IMG/VR virus record: IMGVR_UViG_3300045988_172778 | Location: 1 to 64,000 of that record | Origin: a virus | Direction: 5' to 3' (one strand) | Length of the DNA stretch: 64,000 nucleotides | Shown: in pieces, positions 7,876 to 15,500 of the stretch | How positions within the stretch are numbered: the first letter of the stretch is position 1 | How the letters are laid out: every line of letters begins with the position of its first letter | The notes under the pieces: generated by a model | Databases searched by the model: none | What the model was told of the DNA's origin: nothing | The model's input: the letters and a program-made list of their open reading frames with translations, nothing else | Translations under genes and position numbers: made by a program

Positions 7876-8073
7876 TTATTTCTTTTCAACCAACATCGTC
7901 AAAACGTTGGTTAAAGTGTCTTGGATTTTGCGATAGCCTGCGTTGTATAGTGCTTCAGCTATTTGATGCCTTTGTTCGCCGTATAAGTGTTGTCCTGCAG
8001 GATTGCCGTCATAAGCAACAATGTTTTGCGGAACATCCAACATCATTTGTTTAATTTGCTGTTCTTTGTTCAT
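7876..8073 (-). CDS. hypothetical protein (65 aa)
   Basis: ORF with AAAGGAG SD. Confidence 0.55.
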   Translation of the reverse strand: MNKEQQIKQMMLDVPQNIVAYDGNPAGQHLYGEQRHQIAEALYNAGYRKIQDTLTNVLTMLVEKK

Positions 8074-8115
8074 TTTGGCTCCTTTCCCCGTATTGCCGTT
8101 AGGCCAGCAGTTTTT

Positions 8116-9351
8116 TTATTCTTCTATCGGTGCGCAATCCGATTTCCCTGCATTGCAGCCTTTGCATAACATTTGCAGGTTTTCATAAACCGTTTTACCA
8201 CCTTTGCTCCAAGGAACGATGTGATCGCCCGCCATATCTTCGAAGGCAAACTTCTTTCCGCAAATCGGGCAAATTCCATCTTGCTCTTTGTATTTGCGCT
8301 TTCTGTCAGCTTCGGGGAATGCTCTTGCTTGAAGTAAATTCATGTTTCCCGAAAGGACGGCTTCATAAACGTATTTCTCGTTCGAGATTTCCTCTGTTTC
8401 GAGAATTTCGCTTACTTTTTCGTCCAATCCTGTTTTATCGACGTCTTTGAAGCGGTTATATAACAAACCCCACTCAACGCCTTGCATAAGCTTGCGATAA
8501 GTGGGGAATGTTCTTGAGACCCAGGTAATCACATCGTCGTAATATCTCCATAACGCTTTTGCGTCTTCGTCGTGATAATGCTTTCCCATATATTCGTCGA
8601 TGTCGAATTTCGCTTTCTTTGTAAGAAGCGGGCGATTTACGTCATCCGCGTCACACGCCCAACCGAGCACCTTTTCGAGAAGATACTGTCTTGCGACCGA
8701 TTTCACGTCTTCTGATTTATCGCCCGTTTTTGCATCGACGTAATCTTTGTAACGCTGTTTCCCGATTACGGCGTCCATTGCCAATCCGTTGGTTCGAGAG
8801 AAGTATTTCTTTGCGTCCGTTACCCAACTGCCGTGGTAATTTGCATTTCGCAATTCCTGTTCTGTGAGTTTCACGCCTGCGATGTTGATTCGACGGAACC
8901 ATTTCATCTTCGAGATATTATCTCCTTCGCAAACGAACGCCATCAATTCGTAATTGTCGAATTCTTCTCTGCGAACTGCCAATGCGTCGTAAGTGAGTTT
9001 TCTCGAATTACCGTCGATTTCCGAAACTTCGACCGAGAATTGCCCTTTAACGAACTTGCAAATCGAAGTTATTCTCTGCTGTCCGTCGATGACTTCCAAT
9101 CTTCCGTCATCGAGTTTTGCGAGATAAATAACGTTCAACGGGCAACCTTCGAGAATTGTCGTGATAACTGCGTCTCTGCGCGGTTGTTCATAAACGAACT
9201 CTCTCTGGTAGGGAGGGGTTATGTTAAGTAACCCATTCATTGTGGTTCTTTCGCCTGTGGAAGTGTTTTCGACGTATCCGCGAGTGAGTTCTTTTACAGT
9301 TAAGGGATGACCGTAAGTTTCTGTGAAAGTTGTGATTTTCATGGTTTTCAT
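8116..9351 (-). CDS. DUF262 (ParB/GmrS-like) N-terminal domain fused to a C-terminal HNH nuclease
   Basis: PPYQREFVY...VIDGQQRITS is the DUF262 hallmark DGQQR. The C-terminus reads CPICGKK...GDHIVPWSKGGKTVYENLQMLCKGCNAGKSD (HNH). Confidence 0.7.
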   Translation of the reverse strand: MKTMKITTFTETYGHPLTVKELTRGYVENTSTGERTTMNGLLNITPPYQREFVYEQPRRDAVITTILEGCPLNVIYLAKLDDGRLEVIDGQQRITSICKFVKGQFSVEVSEIDGNSRKLTYDALAVRREEFDNYELMAFVCEGDNISKMKWFRRINIAGVKLTEQELRNANYHGSWVTDAKKYFSRTNGLAMDAVIGKQRYKDYVDAKTGDKSEDVKSVARQYLLEKVLGWACDADDVNRPLLTKKAKFDIDEYMGKHYHDEDAKALWRYYDDVITWVSRTFPTYRKLMQGVEWGLLYNRFKDVDKTGLDEKVSEILETEEISNEKYVYEAVLSGNMNLLQARAFPEADRKRKYKEQDGICPICGKKFAFEDMAGDHIVPWSKGGKTVYENLQMLCKGCNAGKSDCAPIEE

Positions 9352-9352
9352 T

Positions 9353-9802
9353 TTAGTTTACCTCCGATTTATCTTCTATATTTAACATTGGTTTTAAAAA
9401 ATAACGCAAAGATCCAGTTTTACAACATTTAGTATTTATTTTTTGTACTATAGAAAGCATGATTTCTAAATCTTCTGGAGTAGCCTTTACTGTTATTTCT
9501 GTTGTTGTTGTATGCGCGATAACTTTATTTCTAAAACATCTATATTTTAAACGCAGGTCTTCTATTTGTTTAATTTGTGATTGATCATAATCCGATTTAT
9601 TAACGGTGAGATTGTCTTCATGCGAATCGCCCCAATCTGTAAGTCCAAGAAATCTATTGATAACAAAGCACGATAAATCAAAAATAACGATATCAATAAA
9701 ATTATTTGTTTTTCTTGTCTCTATTCTTAAATCATTTAATTCTTTAATAATAGTGATCTCGCAAATCATCTGATTTGCAATGTCTTCTATGGTTTTCATC
9801 AT
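9353..9802 (-). CDS. HEPN-like small helical protein (149 aa), AT-rich
   Basis: FRNKVIAH fits the HEPN Rx4-6H motif. Its start overlaps the methyltransferase stop (ATGATGA), and its stop lies 1 nt before the next start. Confidence 0.4.
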   Translation of the reverse strand: MMKTIEDIANQMICEITIIKELNDLRIETRKTNNFIDIVIFDLSCFVINRFLGLTDWGDSHEDNLTVNKSDYDQSQIKQIEDLRLKYRCFRNKVIAHTTTTEITVKATPEDLEIMLSIVQKINTKCCKTGSLRYFLKPMLNIEDKSEVN

Positions 9803-10791
9803 TTCTTCCTCCTAATTAAAATTCTTGCATTCGGCATTTTAGCCTTTCCTTTTTCGTATAGGACAAGATTTTTCATATTCGCTGTCACGTGTCCAGTGCC
9901 TCCGTTTTCTTTATAACATTTGAGCCACGTCTCTCCAATCTTTCCAATTCCAAGTTCGTCGGCTGTATCAGCGTTTACAACTCCAACAACATCAAACTGC
10001 TCCTTATTAAAAGAATTGAAGAAACTCGGTCCATAAACTCCCATAACTCCGAAATAATCTCTTGGAATTCTGCGAATCTGATTTACCTCAATCGCGTCGT
10101 AATTGTCGTATTTCGGGTATTCATCTTCGTGACCTTCATATTGGCAACACAACGGAAGTTCTTCGTTGTATTTATCGAGCTTAAAAGTCGTGAACCAAGC
10201 GACCGTTCCGATTTTCTTGAACGTTCCATCGGGGACTTTGAATTCTTTTACGTGATTGTAACCGAAATTCAATTTGCCGCTTTGGAATAACGGGAAAATT
10301 TCTTTCGAAGTGCATTGAACTTCGTTGGCGATTATGACCATATCTTTCTTATGATCGACAATCAATCCAATGAACTCTCGAAGAAGGCTGAAGGGCGGGT
10401 TTGTTACAACCACGTCGCATTCATCGAGAAGCGCGACGCATTCGGGGGAACGGAAATCTCCATTCCCTTTGAGCGGCGTTTTGATGAGGTTGAGTGTATC
10501 GTAACCGAGATAATCTCCATTCCATTCGAGTTTGTAAGACGGAGAACCGTTCATTTCGTAATGGGTGAAAATCACCTTTTTGAGTTTCAACTGTTTGAAG
10601 TGAAGACGGAAGAAGAGGAAGAAGTTCGACCATTCGGGGTCATCGCAGTTGCATAAAACCGTCTTGCCCTCGAATTGGCGAACGTAATCTTCGTGCATCG
10701 AGATTTCGTCTTCGATGTCTTCGAGACGAGTATACCACTCGTCGTTTTTGTTCGTCTTTGCAGCTTGCATTGCTTTGTTATTTTTTGCCAT
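9799..10791 (-). CDS. N6-adenine DNA methyltransferase (EcoRI-methylase-like family)
   Basis: NDEWYT near the N-terminus, CNCDDPEWSNFF, and catalytic VVTNPPFS (NPPF motif IV). Confidence 0.75.
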   Translation of the reverse strand: MAKNNKAMQAAKTNKNDEWYTRLEDIEDEISMHEDYVRQFEGKTVLCNCDDPEWSNFFLFFRLHFKQLKLKKVIFTHYEMNGSPSYKLEWNGDYLGYDTLNLIKTPLKGNGDFRSPECVALLDECDVVVTNPPFSLLREFIGLIVDHKKDMVIIANEVQCTSKEIFPLFQSGKLNFGYNHVKEFKVPDGTFKKIGTVAWFTTFKLDKYNEELPLCCQYEGHEDEYPKYDNYDAIEVNQIRRIPRDYFGVMGVYGPSFFNSFNKEQFDVVGVVNADTADELGIGKIGETWLKCYKENGGTGHVTANMKNLVLYEKGKAKMPNARILIRRKK

Positions 10792-10817
10792 AATATTTTA
10801 CCTCCATAATTGTCTTT

Positions 10818-10846
10818 ATTATATCATGTTTTGTTGCTTTTGTCAA
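10818..10846 (-). promoter_or_regulatory. sigma70-type promoter for the methyltransferase operon
   Basis: Minus strand: AACGCTTGACA-N17-TATAAT (-35 at 10841-10846, -10 at 10818-10823). Confidence 0.65.
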
Positions 10847-11081
10847 GCGTTTTTACGCGCCTTTCCCTTTCGGGACGAGCGTAGTCGGGATTTTCCTTTC
10901 TACGCTCTTTGATTGCGCTTGCCGTTTTGCCGCGTTGCTCGTTCCGTTGCATAATCAACTTTTCGTTTAGCGAGCATAATTTCCACGCAATGTCTTGACC
11001 CTCGCTTCCACGCGGGAAGTTCGTACCGAGAAAGTTCTCGATACGAATGAGCAGTTGTAAATCTTCGTTTTTAATGTTCAT
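10824..11081 (-). CDS. hypothetical basic protein (85 aa)
   Basis: ORF with AAAGGAGG SD. The 3' end overlaps the promoter. Confidence 0.55.
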   Translation of the reverse strand: MNIKNEDLQLLIRIENFLGTNFPRGSEGQDIAWKLCSLNEKLIMQRNEQRGKTASAIKERRKENPDYARPERERRVKTLDKSNKT

Positions 11082-11098
11082 AAGAACCTCCTTTGAAC

Positions 11099-11278
11099 TT
11101 AATCCTTAATTACGCCGTAAATGTCATCGACGTAATAACCCGCGAAAATATTGTAAATCGCGGTACACTTCTTACCGTTGTATTCAACGATAATGTCGTT
11201 ATCTCCGTTGTATTGGAGAATGGTTACTTCGGCAAATTTGCCGTCGAGTGAGTGAATGTGTGCTTGTATTTTGTTCAT
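11099..11278 (-). CDS. hypothetical protein (59 aa)
   Basis: MNKIQAHIHSLDGKFAEVTILQYNGDND... with TGGAGG SD. Below the ORF-track cutoff. Confidence 0.45.
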   Translation of the reverse strand: MNKIQAHIHSLDGKFAEVTILQYNGDNDIIVEYNGKKCTAIYNIFAGYYVDDIYGVIKD

Positions 11279-11336
11279 ATCGAACCTCCAAATTTTATTG
11301 CGATTATTCAGGCGAACATCGCGAAACGCCGTTTGT

Positions 11337-11429
11337 TAAAGTCTGATGTAAACCATCAGAACCGCGACTGCTGCTGCGATTATCGATATCCACCACGGAT
11401 AACCGATTCTCGTTTTTTCACGCTTCATC
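11337..11429 (-). CDS. tiny predicted membrane peptide (30 aa)
   Basis: MKREKTRIGYPWWISIIAAAVAVLMVYIRL. GGAGG 9 nt upstream. Confidence 0.3.
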
Positions 11430-11435
11430 GTCTTT

Positions 11436-11567
11436 TACCTCCTTCTGTAATTTGCGAGGGTCGTGTTCGGACCCTTTGTTTGCCACGCCCGTCGAAGATT
11501 TGACGGGTTCTTTGTTCTTTTCGAGCCAAGCTTTACGAGCAAGCTCTTTCATCTCTTTGAGTGTCAT
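11436..11567 (-). CDS. hypothetical basic peptide (43 aa)
   Basis: MTLKEMKELARKAWLERTKNPSN... with AGGAGGAGTT-ATG. ATGA overlap with the upstream ORF. Confidence 0.35.
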
Positions 11568-11743
11568 AACTCCTCCTTTAAACGTTTATTTTGCAATTTG
11601 GTTCTTTTTATATCGACGTCCTCTTGATATTTGAGATGAAAGAATTCCTTCTTCTCTTCTTTCGTCAGATGAATGTCGAAATCTTTGAGAATTTGGAGAG
11701 TATTTAAGCAATACTCTCGCGTGTTCCTATGCTTCCCTTTCAT
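11564..11743 (-). CDS. hypothetical protein (59 aa)
   Basis: MKGKHRNTREYCLNTLQILKDFDIHLTKEEKKEFF... with a G-rich SD. Confidence 0.45.
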   Translation of the reverse strand: MKGKHRNTREYCLNTLQILKDFDIHLTKEEKKEFFHLKYQEDVDIKRTKLQNKRLKEEL

Positions 11744-11747
11744 TTAA

Positions 11748-12176
11748 TCACCCCCCTTTTATTGCTTTCTTCAATGCTTCGGCTTCATCGACTAAACCGC
11801 TTCTTTTGAGAACGCGATAAGCGCTTGCGTAATCTCCGAGTTCAACGAAGACGCTTGCATCGTCTATCGCGAGTTCTTGCGAATACGCGACCACGCGTTT
11901 TGCCGCGTTTGTAAGCAACCGCTGCGCAACGCCTTTACGGTTGTATTTGCGTGTCTTGCGAACCTCGACTACGACTTTTGTTGTTTTACGAAGTTCTTCC
12001 GCTTCGAGCAATGCCATCTTTGCCGCGTGTAACTGCGCGAGATAGCATTTTTCTTCGATGCAGAAGCCCGCCTTCGGGCATATTGAGCAAGAACGCTCGA
12101 ACCGCGTTTTCGCTTCTTCGAGGGTCTTTGCCTCGTCTTGTAACTCAATTGCTCTGTTCTTGTTAAAGTATTTCAT
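11748..12176 (-). CDS. hypothetical protein (142 aa)
   Basis: ORF with AAAGGAGGTAAAGTAAC-ATG. Confidence 0.65.
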   Translation of the reverse strand: MKYFNKNRAIELQDEAKTLEEAKTRFERSCSICPKAGFCIEEKCYLAQLHAAKMALLEAEELRKTTKVVVEVRKTRKYNRKGVAQRLLTNAAKRVVAYSQELAIDDASVFVELGDYASAYRVLKRSGLVDEAEALKKAIKGG

Positions 12177-12177
12177 G

Positions 12178-12387
12178 TTACTTTACCTCCTTTACGTCTG
12201 TCCAGTTGTAAGTCGCTGCTTTGCCTGTGCGCTTCGTGACTTTGCCACACAAGTTCATACAGTATTGATGTGCTTCGTCCAAGCACTGCTGTTTGGTTTC
12301 GTGAAGAGAAGTTTCAAACTCATCCTTCGAAATCGTCTTGTCATCGATGATGACATCAAAATTGATTTTGTAAGATTTGTTAATCAT
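12178..12387 (-). CDS. hypothetical protein (69 aa)
   Basis: Start moved to MINKSYK, preceded by AAGGAG. Confidence 0.55.
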   Translation of the reverse strand: MINKSYKINFDVIIDDKTISKDEFETSLHETKQQCLDEAHQYCMNLCGKVTKRTGKAATYNWTDVKEVK

Positions 12388-12527
12388 AGGATAACTCCTT
12401 TGCCGACGGCCGCTTCGAACGATCTGATTGTGTCGGCTTGGCTTTGCTTTCTGCAAAAACCCATGAGCGCCGCGCATTGCTGCGCATCGGACTTACACCG
12501 ATTACTCTTGCGAGCAGGCCTTGCGGG

Positions 12528-12731
12528 TTACGCTGTATATTGATAAATAGTTGGGAAACCGTTATCTCGCTCAATTTCACAAGCAACCGCTTCGCAACGC
12601 ATGTGGGCTTTTTCCCAAAGTTTATCTTCGCTTTCGGCACTTACTTCAAAAGTAAGTGTTTTGACTTTTCTCCACTCATCGTTCATTAAGTCGTGAGCTT
12701 CGAAGTTTGCTGTAATTTTCTTTGTTAACAT
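12528..12731 (-). CDS. hypothetical protein (67 aa)
   Basis: ORF with AAAGGAA SD. Confidence 0.55.
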   Translation of the reverse strand: MLTKKITANFEAHDLMNDEWRKVKTLTFEVSAESEDKLWEKAHMRCEAVACEIERDNGFPTIYQYTA

Positions 12732-12790
12732 GATAGTTTCCTTTGCTCTAAACCCCTGAACGTCCTATCTACGTTCGCGAAAGGTATTAA

Positions 12791-12822
12791 TGGAACATCC
12801 GCGTTGTTTCGCAGTGCGGGTG
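12791..12822. repeat. Conserved intergenic hairpin element, copy 2
   Basis: TGGAACATCCGCGTT, then stem CATCCGC(12796-12802)/GCGGGTG(12816-12822). The variant position is a G.U pair only if read as plus-strand RNA. Confidence 0.6.
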
Positions 12823-12837
12823 TAAGGCTGCGTCGAA

Positions 12838-12972
12838 CTATTTTTCAAGTTCAATTAAGCGGCGTTCGACCGCTTTCGCGACTTCCCAGTCGTGAGCTTT
12901 GCGAGCTCTTTCGAGCCACGTCGTAAGCTTCGACTTATCGGTCGCAGTGCGGATGTAATCGAAAACGTCCAT
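12838..12972 (-). CDS. hypothetical protein (44 aa)
   Basis: MDVFDYIRTATDKSKLTTWLERARKAHDWEVAKAVERRLIELEK with GGAGGTG SD. Confidence 0.4.
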   Translation of the reverse strand: MDVFDYIRTATDKSKLTTWLERARKAHDWEVAKAVERRLIELEK

Positions 12973-12977
12973 TGCGT

Positions 12978-13136
12978 TCACCTCCTTTGAGATTCTTGTT
13001 CAAGTAGTGTGTACTTGAGAGCGTAAAGCTTTTCGAGTTTCGCGTTGATGCGAGCTTGTTCAGCTTCGTTGCCGTGTGCCTCACGTCTTGCGACGAGAAG
13101 GTTCGCAATTGCTTGCTGTAAGGATTCGAGTGTCAT
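12978..13136 (-). CDS. hypothetical coiled-coil peptide (52 aa)
   Basis: MTLESLQQAIANLLVARREAHGNEAEQARINAKLEKLYALKYT... with TAGGAGG SD. It is the first gene of the leftward block. Confidence 0.45.
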   Translation of the reverse strand: MTLESLQQAIANLLVARREAHGNEAEQARINAKLEKLYALKYTLLEQESQRR

Positions 13137-13183
13137 TGTTTTATACCTCCTAATGACAGTAATTTCACTTATAAAAATACGTA

Positions 13184-13201
13184 AATTACATTATTGTAAT
13201 T
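13184..13201. promoter_or_regulatory. Operator-like perfect palindrome
   Basis: AATTACA-TTAT-TGTAATT, immediately upstream of the leftward block. Confidence 0.35.
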
Positions 13202-13230
13202 CACTTTTATTACTATATATTTAGTATATC

Positions 13231-13618
13231 GTTGCTCCTCATACATAACCCAAAAATACATTTCTCCATAAAATTTCGAATTCTCCTCCACTCCCTTCAA
13301 AAAAAATTTAAAAAATACAAAAATTTCCCCCCCCCTCTCTCCTCCCTCCCTTCCTCCCACCCCAATCCATCCCTAAAAACCCTCTCTTCTTCTCTTTATC
13401 CCGCCTTTCGTAAAAAAATTTTTTCCAAACCCGCCTATAAAACCTCCAAATTCCACTTTTATCCCCCCATCGAGTCACCCCCCCTCTAACTTGCTGGCAA
13501 CTTGCTGGCAACTTGCAGACCCCCTCAAATCCCCAATTTACACTTGCCCCTCCCGTTCCCTTCCCCTTTCACCCCTTTCCCCGAAAAATAAAAAAAATAA
13601 AAATCCCCCTCAAATCGC
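13231..13618 (+). other. Almost G-free polypyrimidine-rich non-coding tract
   Basis: I counted only 6 G in 13241-13480. C-runs up to C9, A/T runs, and no credible ORF. Confidence 0.85.
13488..13516 (+). repeat. Tandem 11-mer AACTTGCTGGC x2.6
   Basis: AACTTGCTGGC AACTTGCTGGC AACTTGC, read directly. Confidence 0.95.
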
Positions 13619-13647
13619 TTGACAAACCCTCTCTCTTGTGCTATACT
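13619..13647 (+). promoter_or_regulatory. sigma70-type promoter of the rightward island
   Basis: TCGCTTGACA-N17-TATACT. The SD and ATG follow about 20 nt later. Confidence 0.65.
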
Positions 13648-13669
13648 ATACTCAAACAAGGAGGCACTT

Positions 13670-14350
13670 ATGAAATTCGAAGAAATTCGTATTGGCGATT
13701 TAGTTAAAGCCAACCAGCTCTCAAACGATAGATATGTTTACACAACATTATCAAAGAATTGGGAGGGCGAAATTACGAACGTTGACATAAAGCATAAAAC
13801 TTTTATGTCTGGTAAATTTTATGATCTCGATCCAGAATGTTTCGATCTGGTGTCGCGGGATATATCAATTATGCCATTTTGTGGGAATAAAAAGATAAAC
13901 CCCTTTGACGTTATATTTGACCTGAACGTCCTCAAAATGAAGTCGGAGGAAGAAATCGACGAATATTTCAGACTCAAAATAACCGAACGCGGCTGGCCCG
14001 CCCATTATATCTGCGCCGAATCATGCACATTCCGTCGCAATACCCTCATCGAATACGCCGACCTGAAATGGGTCGTCTCGACAGTCGGGCGGCAACTTCC
14101 CGCAAAAGGGTACGATTATTGGGAAACCGTTGGGCACAACCGTTATTACGAAACGATGGCGTTCAAAGCCAAGCAAGACGGAATTTATTGGGACGCGGAT
14201 ACGTCTAACCCGATCGACTTCGATAGCGAGTGGGCAATACACGATTGCGCCGATGACAGCGAATTTCGGGCAAACGAAATGCACGATAAGGTGGTCGCGG
14301 AATTAAGCGAGAAAATCAAAAAGGCTTACGGAAAAGGAGACAAAATATGA
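13670..14350 (+). CDS. hypothetical protein (226 aa) with MKFEE-type N-terminal small domain
   Basis: Start at the ATG after AAGGAGG. The N-terminus MKFEEIRIGDLVKAN is paralogous to 14347 and 14830. Confidence 0.65.
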   Translation: MKFEEIRIGDLVKANQLSNDRYVYTTLSKNWEGEITNVDIKHKTFMSGKFYDLDPECFDLVSRDISIMPFCGNKKINPFDVIFDLNVLKMKSEEEIDEYFRLKITERGWPAHYICAESCTFRRNTLIEYADLKWVVSTVGRQLPAKGYDYWETVGHNRYYETMAFKAKQDGIYWDADTSNPIDFDSEWAIHDCADDSEFRANEMHDKVVAELSEKIKKAYGKGDKI

Positions 14351-14556
14351 AATTCGAAGAATGCAAAGTTGGTGATTTTGTTAAAACAAATTCCAACGAA
14401 ATCAAGATAATTACGTCAATGGGTTTAAAAACCTATACACCAGAACGCACACATTTCAAAATAGTCGCGCTTAACTATGACACCAGAACTGTAAATATAG
14501 GGACACGAACTCTCGATATTTTTAGTGATGTACTATACGAAATCGATTTCGTATAG
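14347..14556 (+). CDS. hypothetical protein (69 aa), MKFEE-type domain
   Basis: MKFEECKVGDFVKTN. AAAGGAG SD. ATGA overlap. Confidence 0.6.
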   Translation: MKFEECKVGDFVKTNSNEIKIITSMGLKTYTPERTHFKIVALNYDTRTVNIGTRTLDIFSDVLYEIDFV

Positions 14557-14587
14557 TACATCATGTCTTGATGTCGACAAATCCTCA

Positions 14588-14833
14588 ATGTCCGACGCGC
14601 TTCACGGCAAAATAATCACCCTCCAAACGTCCGATTACAAACTCGACTTCGAGGTGCACCGCGAGAAAAACGAACTTTCGGCTTATTACCACGGCGTCAA
14701 ACTCGCGACCGTGCGCTGCCATCCCGACGACACTTACGACGAGGAGTTCGGGCTTCACCTTTTGCTCCGCCGCGCGTGCCTGAAACTCAAAGACGAACAC
14801 ACGGTGGTCGAGACGGTGGAAGAACTCTTATGA
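14588..14833 (+). CDS. hypothetical protein (start uncertain; 14528 also possible)
   Basis: Open frame containing VRCHPDDTYDEEFGLHLLLRRA. No clear SD. Confidence 0.4.
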   Translation: MSDALHGKIITLQTSDYKLDFEVHREKNELSAYYHGVKLATVRCHPDDTYDEEFGLHLLLRRACLKLKDEHTVVETVEELL

Positions 14834-15051
14834 GATACGATCTCTGTTACGTAGGACAGACCGTCAAAACGCATTCCATAGAAACAAGTTTTGGAACTGG
14901 AGTATTATTTGATAAAGAAATACTTCTGCGAATAATTCATCTAAATCCAGAAACTCACACTGTGGACGTTTGTATGGTAGAAGATTACGGTTATTATAAT
15001 TGCGTCCTACCACGCACTCTAAAAAATGCAAAATTACATTCGGGCGGCTAA
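14830..15051 (+). CDS. hypothetical protein (73 aa), related small domain
   Basis: MRYDLCYVGQTVKTHS. ATGA overlap with the previous stop. Confidence 0.5.
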   Translation: MRYDLCYVGQTVKTHSIETSFGTGVLFDKEILLRIIHLNPETHTVDVCMVEDYGYYNCVLPRTLKNAKLHSGG

Positions 15052-15456
15052 AATCGATTTCGACTTTTTAGCGTTTTCAAAAATTTAAAAAAATCAAAAA
15101 ACCGACTTTGCACTAAAACCGCGTATTTTTCAACAGTTTCTATGCAGAATCGGTTTTTAAACTGCTCGAATTCGACGGGTTTAAAATGACCCAACAAAAA
15201 CCCAATGTTTATTATTTTTGACCCAATACGGGTTTACGTTTAAAATAACAAACATAAATTCAAACACGTCTTTTGTTCTAATCCACGCGAAAAGTCGGTT
15301 TCGGCTCGGTTCAGGCAATCTTATTCGTGATTTCAAGCTAACATCGATTTTATCAATCTAACATTCGGATGTTAAATGCCTAAAACGAATGTTACTATAT
15401 CACTCTACTGATACAAAACCGTCTCGCCCGTTTTTATCCTGTGATTTTAAGCAAGC
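15052..15456. other. Repeat-rich non-coding region (iteron-like)
   Basis: TGACCCAA x2 (15187, 15219). Many AAACCG/CGGTTT words. 9-bp inverted repeat TAACATTCG(15359-15367)/CGAATGTTA(15386-15394). Confidence 0.5.
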
Positions 15457-15491
15457 AAAAAGCCCCGCCGAAACGGAGCTTTATTTTTTTA
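15457..15491. terminator. Bidirectional intrinsic terminator between convergent genes
   Basis: AAAAAGCCCCG-CCGAAA-CGGAGCTTTATTTTTTT. A-run upstream, T-run downstream. Confidence 0.6.
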
Positions 15492-15500
15492 GATGACGAT

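Noticed and set aside
12058-12689. Plus-strand ORFs 12058-12543, 12438-12689 and minus 12380-12640 overlapping the small leftward genes
   Set aside because: They have no SDs, they overlap better-supported SD-preceded ORFs, and their compositions look random.
13488-13516. CRISPR-like array (also considered for the collagen tracts)
   Set aside because: The 11-mers are contiguous without spacers and only 2.6 copies long. The collagen repeats are coding triplet repeats.
13169-13713. Five 60-85-aa ORFs within the polypyrimidine tract
   Set aside because: They are poly-Pro/Gly/Lys/Phe translations of C/T- and A-runs, have no SD, and overlap one another on both strands.
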